This document shows positions 1 through 8,528 of a DNA stretch of 64,000 nt, one piece after another. The DNA lies in IMG/VR virus record IMGVR_UViG_3300014656_000001, positions 15,904 to 79,903 of that record. One strand, 5' to 3'. The notes under the pieces were generated by a model, which was not told where the DNA came from, did no database searches, and saw only the letters and a list, made by a program, of their open reading frames with translations. The position numbers and the translations under genes were made by a program. The stretch comes from a virus. Lineage: Duplodnaviria; Caudoviricetes. Every line of letters starts with the position of its first letter. Positions within the stretch are counted from its first letter, which is position 1.

Positions 1-2965
1 CAGGCACAATGCGTGTTTCAGCCTTGGCTTCCTGCTTACGCTCCCACTCGACATAATCAAGGCTCAATCGCCAAGTATGATTCTTATTATCGGCTGGATG
101 CGAATCAATATAGGCTTGGACACCCTCAAGCGTTGTCAGCCACTTTTCACCGTCAAGAATCTCCTTGCGTGGGAAAGGTGAATCTGGATCACCTATAGCG
201 TTGGAATGAGTATCGTAGTCATCGAAGATGGCATTTCCGCCACCGATTTTACCATAGGCTGGATACGTTGGGGTTACTCGCAGATAGTTTCCAACATTGT
301 TTACATAAAAAGTAAACAAATCATCGTAATGATTATATTCTACCATTCCTCGGTTTGGATCTAAATCACCCGTCGCAAAATACACTGCTCCAGCCACCCC
401 AGCTAGGCCTGTGCCTATAGTAATTCCTGCATTTGTATCATCCTCAAATACAGCGGTATCCGCATATATGGACGGAGTCACCAACCCGCTATCCCCCTCG
501 GTGACGGTGAGTTTGACGAACACATCTACACTGTCATTGTCAATCGTCATTCGCTTATAATTCGCTTCAAACGTTGCATGTGATTGACCTTCTATTGCCG
601 CCGCAGGGCCGGTATAAAATTCTAAGCCGTTATAATATGAAAATCCTATCGCTTGCCAGACATTGTAGGCAGAGGAATTATCTTTCCACCATGTATTACT
701 CGATTCATTCCATAATACAGGCTCATCCCTGCTTGCTTGTATAAAACCTTGCATATAATCATTCTCTAACTCCCGTGTAATAACTTTTAAGTAAGTTACT
801 CCAGCAGAGGTTGTCGCCTCCCTGATTCTTGGGCCGTATTCATTTGCATAAACATCAAAATCATATATTGTTGGAGCAATCCCAATCCCCACATCTCCCC
901 CGAAGGTGGATGCGTGCGTACTATGATCCCAAGTCTGCATAACTGCTTCAACCGCTCCCGCATCAGTCAGTGATTTTAGGTAAGTGAAATCAGAATCATT
1001 GATTAATTGACAGTATTTATCATCAGTACTTCCACCTGTATCTTTTAGTAGGATAAAAGCATTTACCGATCCTGTAATATTTAATAAAGGGCTGGTTCCA
1101 GTAATCCCCACATTTCCCCCGAAGGTGGCGCCGCCTCCATCTAATGTTAGGGTTGCTATCCCCTGATTTGCTGTTTCATTGTACGCCGCCGCTGTATAAA
1201 AGATTATACTAGTAGCGTCTGGAAATCCCCAATTTCCACCGCCTAGATACAAGAATCTATCTGAACCATTATCCCAAGTTGAATAACCAGAGAAGGGAGC
1301 ATTGGCTATTGTCCTTCTCGCACCAGTCATTACAGCACCTTTACTGGTAGCATCTGCGGCAGATTGTTGCAGTGTCAACGCATTATAATCTGCCTTCGTG
1401 ATTTTCACATTTCCCCCGAAGGTGGCGTTGCCAGCACCAGTTAAAGTTAGCGGAATGTTTGGTGTTCCACTTACCTTTGTTCGAAAAATAATATCGTAAT
1501 TATCATTATTTCCCAAATTATCTATATATAAGTCTGCATGAGAGTAGTCCCACCAGATATCTCCAGACTGAGAGGCACTATAGCCAACGCGCACTTTTGC
1601 ATCGGTATCTTTTGCTATCGTCACATTTCCCCCGAAGGTGGCGTTCTGACTAGCATCTAAACGGAATGCTTCAGTTCCATTTGTACCAATCCTAAATGGC
1701 CCATTTTCATAACCCCAAATCTGTAATCCTCCTGTATCCCACATACCTAAAACGACTCCATCAGAAGCCGTAGAGCCTAATCCGGTCTTTGTTAATCGTA
1801 TTGATGGGTCTGTTGATTTGTTGATATGTATCTCATTCAGTGGAGTAATACCAATCCCCACATTCCCCCCAAAGGTGGCGTTGCCTGACGTATTTATTGT
1901 TGCTGAATCAATACCACCTGTCGCGCTAAAGTTCTGCCCCGCCGCAGTGCCATACAATAAAGAAGTTGTGATGATCGAAGAAAGAGACAAGGGATCGGGC
2001 ACAACAACACTCCCCCCTGAAGTAAGAGATGTTGTACCGCTTTCATTAGTAAAATATAATTCATTATCAGTCCCTCCATCTGAACCATTTGAAATCCAAA
2101 GGATTCCAGCATTCGTCCCCGTAAATCCAGAAGCATCACTGATAACAGGAGTTGATGTACTGTTATTTTCTGCCAAATGTAAACGTCCCCACTTTATTAA
2201 AAAGTTAGCATACGATCCCACTTCAGGATATCGTAAAGCACTAGAACCGCCTGGAGGAGTATCTCTGGAATTCTGAACAACGAATTGAGGTAAATAATAT
2301 TCCGATGGAGTTACAGATTCCAATATAGCAATTCCAACTTCCCCCACATCGTAAATAAATCCCTTAAATTTACTTCCACCCCAAGGACTTCCTAAAGTAT
2401 ATCCATAATAATCAACCCCAGACCAATCGTCCATTATTTTATCATACCCAGCTTCAAAAGCAACACGTGTTCTATAATAATAAGGAATTGTCCAACTTGT
2501 AGTAACGTCATCATATACTACTCCTCTAGGAGAAGTTAAACGACTTCCTCCTGGATAAGGACCGTTTGGAACTAAATCATAATCTACCATTATTTCCATT
2601 CCATCAAAGGGAGCTATATATGTCCAATGCCCATAACCCCCACCCTCATCTATTCGAATACCAACATAATCATCATAATCTTCCCATTCCCCTACAGCGT
2701 CATCAGGAATTATAAAAACATCACCATGAGTGGCGGCCCAAATAGAAGTAGCTGAAGCTATTTCAATTGGATCAGTAGCAAACATTGAAACAGCTTTTGC
2801 GATCATCAACGAATCTACTTTAGTCATCATGTCATTAAGTATTACATCCCCGCCATACATACCATATCCCAAATATTCAAAATCATATTTTGAAGTTTCT
2901 GTTTCGTCACAAAAAACAATGGGAGCCAGAGAAAACAAAACCACAACCAACAATACTTTTTTCAT
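1..2965 (-). CDS. Modular tail fibre/adhesin-like protein, 3'-truncated by the window edge (at least 988 aa), with an N-terminal signal-peptide-like segment and a DUF2793-like domain
   Basis: Absent from the ORF track because no stop codon falls inside the window. ATG at 2965 follows SD AGGAGAAGG, and manual translation stays open to the edge. It begins MKKYCWLWLVLFSLAPIVFCDE and contains GDVFIIPDDAVGEWEDY...HWTYIAPFDGMEI (DUF2793-like) plus five ATFGG(N/D)VxI fibre repeats. It lies directly downstream of the tail-tip gene. Confidence 0.8.
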   Translation of the reverse strand, partial: MKKVLLVVVLFSLAPIVFCDETETSKYDFEYLGYGMYGGDVILNDMMTKVDSLMIAKAVSMFATDPIEIASATSIWAATHGDVFIIPDDAVGEWEDYDDYVGIRIDEGGGYGHWTYIAPFDGMEIMVDYDLVPNGPYPGGSRLTSPRGVVYDDVTTSWTIPYYYRTRVAFEAGYDKIMDDWSGVDYYGYTLGSPWGGSKFKGFIYDVGEVGIAILESVTPSEYYLPQFVVQNSRDTPPGGSSALRYPEVGSYANFLIKWGRLHLAENNSTSTPVISDASGFTGTNAGILWISNGSDGGTDNELYFTNESGTTSLTSGGSVVVPDPLSLSSIITTSLLYGTAAGQNFSATGGIDSATINTSGNATFGGNVGIGITPLNEIHINKSTDPSIRLTKTGLGSTASDGVVLGMWDTGGLQIWGYENGPFRIGTNGTEAFRLDASQNATFGGNVTIAKDTDAKVRVGYSASQSGDIWWDYSHADLYIDNLGNNDNYDIIFRTKVSGTPNIPLTLTGAGNATFGGNVKITKADYNALTLQQSAADATSKGAVMTGARRTIANAPFSGYSTWDNGSDRFLYLGGGNWGFPDATSIIFYTAAAYNETANQGIATLTLDGGGATFGGNVGITGTSPLLNITGSVNAFILLKDTGGSTDDKYCQLINDSDFTYLKSLTDAGAVEAVMQTWDHSTHASTFGGDVGIGIAPTIYDFDVYANEYGPRIREATTSAGVTYLKVITRELENDYMQGFIQASRDEPVLWNESSNTWWKDNSSAYNVWQAIGFSYYNGLEFYTGPAAAIEGQSHATFEANYKRMTIDNDSVDVFVKLTVTEGDSGLVTPSIYADTAVFEDDTNAGITIGTGLAGVAGAVYFATGDLDPNRGMVEYNHYDDLFTFYVNNVGNYLRVTPTYPAYGKIGGGNAIFDDYDTHSNAIGDPDSPFPRKEILDGEKWLTTLEGVQAYIDSHPADNKNHTWRLSLDYVEWERKQEAKAETRIVP
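890..1879 (-). repeat. Five in-frame 21-bp repeats (GCCACCTTCGGGGGAAATGTG) separating tail-fibre modules
   Basis: Copies at 890-910, 1109-1129, 1406-1426, 1622-1642 and 1859-1879. Three are identical and two have 2 mismatches. Spacings are 219, 297, 216 and 237 bp, all multiples of 3. Confidence 0.9.
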
Positions 2966-2996
2966 AATCCTTCTCCTATATAGTGCCTATATCATA

Positions 2997-5900
2997 CTAC
3001 GATACAAATGTTTTCGCAACACCAAATCCTCTTTCAAAAAATTCATTCTGTTCAGAAACCACAACATTGATCGAATTGACTTCTCCCCCATACACTTGAT
3101 TTTGTCCATACTCAAATCTTGTACTTCCCATATCCATAACAAGACTTCCTGGAACTGTAAGAACCATAAACGCATATCTACCCTCAAGCGTACTGCTTAC
3201 TGACTGCTTATTGAATGTGAGATAAACAGTATGAAGAAGCTCGCTCCAGTCATCGCTGTAAAAATCAACCACATACCTCTCATTCACCAAAACAACATCG
3301 TCTTCAACTCCAGCTTGTACAGTAACCTGTCCTCTAGGAGACCTCAACCATGTAAACTTCCAACTCCCGTCACTTTTTTTCACACCATTAAATTGTCCTG
3401 GTGGAAGAGGTTTCTTACCTATTATTTGATTAGTAAACATGCGAAATTCAGTTTCATACGATTGGTTCCCCAATGTCACAATACGATAAGCAATAGCCTG
3501 TCTAATCTCAGTGATATCCATCTTCACACGAAGGAGTTTGCTAATATCCAACTCGATAAACTTTTCAATAGTCCCATGTGTCTGTACATAATCAAGCGTT
3601 CCTACTCTAGCTCTAAGAAGATTGGAGAACCTATATCTGTACCCATCTATATGAGTCACTGTTTTAGCCTGGATAATTTCATCACCACACAAAAACATAT
3701 TTTTACCGTAATACAACTCCTTATCTGTTATGGTCGCTGGAACGCCATGCTTCATCAAAACATCAACTGTGTTTGTTTTATCCATAAAATTCACATTTCC
3801 AACACTCCCCAATTGTGTCAATGTGACCCCCATCATGGATGGTTCAGTTATGGAACCAACAAAACTCCAAGCATCTGTATTTATAATCTTCTTATATATA
3901 TTTGTACCTTCCCACCGTGTCACATCAGAACCCGGAAGACCAGGAGCCGCCGCTATATAAAACCCAAGATCGTCATGCGTTTTATCAAGTATAGGTATGT
4001 CCAAAAAAGCTTCTAATATCGGGATAATTGTACGGGCTGTTGGTGTTGTCGTGTTCGTGCTTGGGATACCTGTATACGTCTTACTATACAAACTCACATC
4101 TTCCAACACACAAACAAATTTAACATGATAAACATCATCTCCATAATTGACTTCCTTTTTATTTATTCTGAGAGTGTATGTAATCCCGTCCACTTCTGTT
4201 GTAATTACATCAGTTGGAACTGCTGTGATGTATTTTGGAGGGAGTGTTATTGTGACTTCATTCTCACTTAAATACATATCATCCCGAAATACCATAGCAA
4301 CGGCTTTGGCTTCATCGTCAGTCAGAACCAGTGGAAGATTGATTCGAACAGTCTCTTTAGAATCAGTGGTCACATCATACGAACTCTGTACCATGGGGCT
4401 GTAATCACCCTCTTGTGACAGATACGAAACTTCTAACGTATATGGATACCCCATCCAATCGTTCTTTACTTGTTCCAACTTATTTACAAAAGAACCTCCA
4501 ATAGCAGTAACCCCCAAATCATCTTCATCCACAGTAATACTATCCCCATTACCTCTCTTTCGAAACAAAAGTTTCCCATCCACTTCAACCACATCCACAT
4601 AGAACTTTGCTAATAAGTTTTGTAAACTGTCACGTATGCTCTCAACACTGCTAATAACGTACCCTCTCACAACATCCCCTGATAGATCGCCTAAATCTAT
4701 ATCACTTGGGGACAGTCCCCCCCACCCGCATATTTCTGTAACAGTATCATCTAATTGAGCTGTGACTGTACCTGTTAATCTTGGAACGCAACGATGAACC
4801 TTCTGAATCAGCGTAGACGATCTTGCCCCACCAACAAAATAAAGCACACCATTGTGAACACAAATAGCGGGGGGAGCTCCCGCATCGTAATCAGTAATAG
4901 CAACATCACTTATTTCAAAGTCTACTTCAGTCCAAGCACCCGTCCCATCAGAAGATTTATATGCTATCAGAGAACCACTCCCATCTCCAGAAACAAATGC
5001 GTAAAAATCTCTATTCCAATAAACAGCCGCTATAACAGTTCCACCAGCTCCATCTGTCAAGTCTGTACTAATTCTAGTGAACTCACCTGTTAGTGTATCC
5101 ATCGTCCAAACTTCTTGTGTGACTGTTGGATTGGAACCCACATTGTCACTATACGTTGTACCTCCAACAGATAGAACTGTTGTATAGCTAAGATCGGTCA
5201 CTAACTTGTGCTTACTTCTAAATCCAAAACCACAGTCAGCTCTCAAAAGCTCCCAAGACCATGTACCTGGAAAAGAAACTTCTTTGTAACGAGTATGTAC
5301 CCCCATTGTTTCAGGAATCAATGCCGTTCTCTGCTGATTGACAAATTTGATTCTGTATATGCTCTTACGGTATTCTGCAATCCCAGGAGGTCTTGGAATT
5401 GCATATCCACCACAAATAAAAACAGGATATAACCATCCAGGGTCTTTACTGTAATCAACATCATCATTGGGATCATCGTACTGTCGAAGAGAGATAACCC
5501 CACAATCAGCAAATCTCGCTAAGTTACTATGCAGATACCCACCAATAGGACACGCCAAATCACCATAAGGGTATCCGTACTGTGTACTAAGTTGACCTAT
5601 CTGACGTAACGTTGTTGAATATGTTTCCCCTTCCCCACCAATACACAATAGATTTTGTGACACAACCAATGGAGGGTTGACTCGTTCTTTAGCATCCAAT
5701 ATTGTCCCTGCAGGATTTTCTTTCCAATCCCATAATGAAGGCTCTTGTCTCCATACTTCCCCTGTTTCACTAGACCATACTTCATCCAGTTTACCACCAG
5801 CATCAGCCCCACCAACCATCCACAATCTGCCAGCATACGAAATCAAACCCATCTGTTTTCTGGCAGACCAAAGTCCAATCTCAGTATCTTCAGCCGAAAT

Positions 5901-6614
5901 GGACAACTCAATAACTTCCTGAGTTTCATCTGCTGATTCACCTGTCTTACAAACTTCAACAAGAAATTGAGGGAGCCTGTTTCCATAATGTTCGAGTGGC
6001 AGTTCTTGAAAAACAGTATAAGCCAAGCCCCGATGAGCTGTATAGTGACCAGCATTAGCTCCAGTACTATAAACCGATTCTACATTTCCCTGACTTCTTT
6101 GATAAATAACATCATGATTGGCTAATAGTATTGGATCAACAGTTTGGGTTTCTGTTCCCTTATAAATCCCCTTAATGTATTTTTGTCTAAATAAAGCAGA
6201 AGACGCCAGTTCTTCCTCAGTAGCATCACTTCGAACGTTATAAACCACTTCTCCATTAATCTTGATTCTCAGTATATCTTTAATCTCTCCCTTACCCAAA
6301 GAAAGACCACCAGTGAATCGAGCCGTCCACCCCCTATAGTTATCATCTTCTCTCCAGCAGGGTTTTAACTGTGTGATCTGTCCAAGATGGTAGAATCTTC
6401 TAGTGGATATGACTTGAGGAGCTATCTCAACTGTTCCCCAAACTTCTCTGATTCTCTCTCCATAATTGGAGCTCTGGATGGTCATATCCCCCAATTCCAC
6501 TCCAGGGGATTTTCCAGGCCGCATTAAAAATGACAATAAAAAAGAAGAGGCTGTGTACACAGCTGCCGCTAAGTACGCCGCCCACCCCGTAAAGAATAAA
6601 AATGTAAATGGCAT
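2997..6614 (-). CDS. Tail tip/host-specificity protein (GTA g15/phage-tail_3-like) with an internal Kelch-like propeller
   Basis: 1205 aa. N-terminal SSNYGERIREVWGT and AHRGLAYTVFQELPLEHYGNRLPQFLVEV motifs, C-terminal FSNLLRARVGT, and a position after the DUF2460/DUF2163 genes. Confidence 0.8.
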   Translation of the reverse strand: MPFTFLFFTGWAAYLAAAVYTASSFLLSFLMRPGKSPGVELGDMTIQSSNYGERIREVWGTVEIAPQVISTRRFYHLGQITQLKPCWREDDNYRGWTARFTGGLSLGKGEIKDILRIKINGEVVYNVRSDATEEELASSALFRQKYIKGIYKGTETQTVDPILLANHDVIYQRSQGNVESVYSTGANAGHYTAHRGLAYTVFQELPLEHYGNRLPQFLVEVCKTGESADETQEVIELSISAEDTEIGLWSARKQMGLISYAGRLWMVGGADAGGKLDEVWSSETGEVWRQEPSLWDWKENPAGTILDAKERVNPPLVVSQNLLCIGGEGETYSTTLRQIGQLSTQYGYPYGDLACPIGGYLHSNLARFADCGVISLRQYDDPNDDVDYSKDPGWLYPVFICGGYAIPRPPGIAEYRKSIYRIKFVNQQRTALIPETMGVHTRYKEVSFPGTWSWELLRADCGFGFRSKHKLVTDLSYTTVLSVGGTTYSDNVGSNPTVTQEVWTMDTLTGEFTRISTDLTDGAGGTVIAAVYWNRDFYAFVSGDGSGSLIAYKSSDGTGAWTEVDFEISDVAITDYDAGAPPAICVHNGVLYFVGGARSSTLIQKVHRCVPRLTGTVTAQLDDTVTEICGWGGLSPSDIDLGDLSGDVVRGYVISSVESIRDSLQNLLAKFYVDVVEVDGKLLFRKRGNGDSITVDEDDLGVTAIGGSFVNKLEQVKNDWMGYPYTLEVSYLSQEGDYSPMVQSSYDVTTDSKETVRINLPLVLTDDEAKAVAMVFRDDMYLSENEVTITLPPKYITAVPTDVITTEVDGITYTLRINKKEVNYGDDVYHVKFVCVLEDVSLYSKTYTGIPSTNTTTPTARTIIPILEAFLDIPILDKTHDDLGFYIAAAPGLPGSDVTRWEGTNIYKKIINTDAWSFVGSITEPSMMGVTLTQLGSVGNVNFMDKTNTVDVLMKHGVPATITDKELYYGKNMFLCGDEIIQAKTVTHIDGYRYRFSNLLRARVGTLDYVQTHGTIEKFIELDISKLLRVKMDITEIRQAIAYRIVTLGNQSYETEFRMFTNQIIGKKPLPPGQFNGVKKSDGSWKFTWLRSPRGQVTVQAGVEDDVVLVNERYVVDFYSDDWSELLHTVYLTFNKQSVSSTLEGRYAFMVLTVPGSLVMDMGSTRFEYGQNQVYGGEVNSINVVVSEQNEFFERGFGVAKTFVS

Positions 6615-6624
6615 AATGGAATCC

Positions 6625-7497
6625 TTAGAACTTCCATACTAAAGGTGAATCCATTTCGTTACCTGGAACATCAGGCTCACATCTGCAATTAGCTTCATTG
6701 TTGAACTTATTCACACAATCTCCATCCAAACTATGATCGCAACCTGCTGTAATGGAAAAGGCATCACCAACCTCAATATCCACTATCATTGGGTGATCCA
6801 GTTCGATAGTATATGTATCAATATCATCCCATTCACTATCTCTCACTTGCATTTCTTTTCCATTGTTGTTCCCAGAAGTCCAAGTAAGCAACCCATAATT
6901 AAAATAATCATCTTCATCAATAGAACCTGTGATATCATCCGAAGTAAATATCTTGTTGCTTGTCACAGCCTTCACAGAACCAGTTTGAGTATACGATCCA
7001 GCCACATCCACACTGCACTTAGAATCTCCCAGTGTGGCACGGCAGTAAGGACTATAAGAATCCCCTACTTTTTGCTGGAGACGTTGGGACAAACTTCTCA
7101 ATTCAAAATCAAAGTCATAATCTTTAATTGATACTTTACCTATAGTGCCTTTAGACACCAATCCCCTTCCCATTGTTGTATCATTTGGATTTACAAAGAA
7201 GAGTTCGTAAGTTGCTCCACGCAATGTGTTATCAATAAGATTAATCTTTGTAAATAAGTTGGAATTATAATCACTCGCCGCATCAGAGCTGTCTACATTC
7301 ATTTCAGCCGATGACGACATTCCCCCCAAGTTAACACCTGGAACAGACTCATAAGTCGTTCCATCATACGTTATTTCTCTATCGTATGATGTCGCTCCCT
7401 TTACACTGCCGCTTGCTAGTGTGATCTTGAGACAATAAGCAACAATGGGATTCCCAGATGCCAGATGAGAAGTCATTGCAGATGTGATTGTAATCAT
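6625..7497 (-). CDS. Baseplate hub protein, DUF2163/BR0599 family
   Basis: YSPYCRATLGDSKC and AGCDHSLDGDCVNKFNNEANCRCEPDVPG Cys motifs. The likely ATG at 7497 overlaps the upstream stop (ATGA). Confidence 0.85.
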   Translation of the reverse strand: MITITSAMTSHLASGNPIVAYCLKITLASGSVKGATSYDREITYDGTTYESVPGVNLGGMSSSAEMNVDSSDAASDYNSNLFTKINLIDNTLRGATYELFFVNPNDTTMGRGLVSKGTIGKVSIKDYDFDFELRSLSQRLQQKVGDSYSPYCRATLGDSKCSVDVAGSYTQTGSVKAVTSNKIFTSDDITGSIDEDDYFNYGLLTWTSGNNNGKEMQVRDSEWDDIDTYTIELDHPMIVDIEVGDAFSITAGCDHSLDGDCVNKFNNEANCRCEPDVPGNEMDSPLVWKF

Positions 7498-8528
7498 GAA
7501 GGGTTCCTCCATTCAATCACAGGGATATCAAATGAGTACCTTTCAAAAGACTCAAATGTGGTATCAAGTTTATCTGTCTTCAAAATAATGGGAACATCAA
7601 ATTCAAATGCTGTTGCAACGATTCTATGTTGGTCTGTGGGAGCTGCATCAAATGTGATTATACCTGTTGTGTAATCCACATCGTAATCACTGCCTTCAGT
7701 CTTTGCGACGCTATTGACAGATATAGCCACTGCTTCAGATTCAACAGGCTTTACTATATCCCTGCTATGGAAAATCCACACATACCCATCTGCCGTTTCA
7801 TCCACTAAATCAGGAGACACTGTGACCACTGTATTTGCCGCTATGGTGTCAGAAGCAGCTCCCCCAGACACAGCCGATTTCAATTCAAGTTCAGTTACGG
7901 GATCATTCCATGTTATGCTCTTTACATACCTGGTGTATTCAGTTCCCCCATGAGTAACAATCACTTTTTGATTGATAGTAAACTCAGCTGTGTAATTACC
8001 TGTTATCGTATAAGTCGTGCCACTGTAACCCGCCACCGTATATGACTGAGAAGCCACAGCAGAGGCCGTATAGAACCCGTTATTGGACGTTGAGCCGCTC
8101 ACATAGATAATGGAACCCGAACCCAATAAGTCTTCGTCAGCGTCTTTTATGGTTAATTTCTCCCCAGTTCCATCAGCTCTCACGATAGCATAGGGAACGT
8201 AAGTGTCGATATAGTTCTTTACCAGTTGCCACTCTGTTGTACTCCCATCACCAACACCAATATACTCATTAGTACCTGTATAATCAGAAGGGTCTTGAAA
8301 ACGGCACCCCTTGTTCTTCCCACGCATAAGAAGAAACCAAGCCTTGACTAAGTCATAACTGGCTTGGGTAATGGATTCACATTCGATATCAAATTCTAAT
8401 AGAGGAGTATCCCACATAGATTGGGGGGTGACATTACCCCCCTGAGATTGGTTGAGCACTGTATTGAACTTCGTACCACCACTCAATCCATAATCGGGCA
8501 CTAATGGAAAAGAGATTTCATAAAACAT
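7494..8528 (-). CDS. Distal tail protein, DUF2460 family, with an inserted domain
   Basis: GCRFQDPSDY, IGVGDGSTTEWQLVKNY, VDYTTGIITFDAAP and FEFDVPI motifs. It follows the tape measure gene. Confidence 0.85.
   Translation of the reverse strand: MFYEISFPLVPDYGLSGGTKFNTVLNQSQGGNVTPQSMWDTPLLEFDIECESITQASYDLVKAWFLLMRGKNKGCRFQDPSDYTGTNEYIGVGDGSTTEWQLVKNYIDTYVPYAIVRADGTGEKLTIKDADEDLLGSGSIIYVSGSTSNNGFYTASAVASQSYTVAGYSGTTYTITGNYTAEFTINQKVIVTHGGTEYTRYVKSITWNDPVTELELKSAVSGGAASDTIAANTVVTVSPDLVDETADGYVWIFHSRDIVKPVESEAVAISVNSVAKTEGSDYDVDYTTGIITFDAAPTDQHRIVATAFEFDVPIILKTDKLDTTFESFERYSFDIPVIEWRNPS

Noticed and set aside
890-1879. CRISPR array or DGR variable repeats
   Set aside because: The repeats are in frame inside a CDS with 195-276 bp coding spacers. 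There are no cas genes, no reverse transcriptase, and no adenine-specific TR/VR pair.
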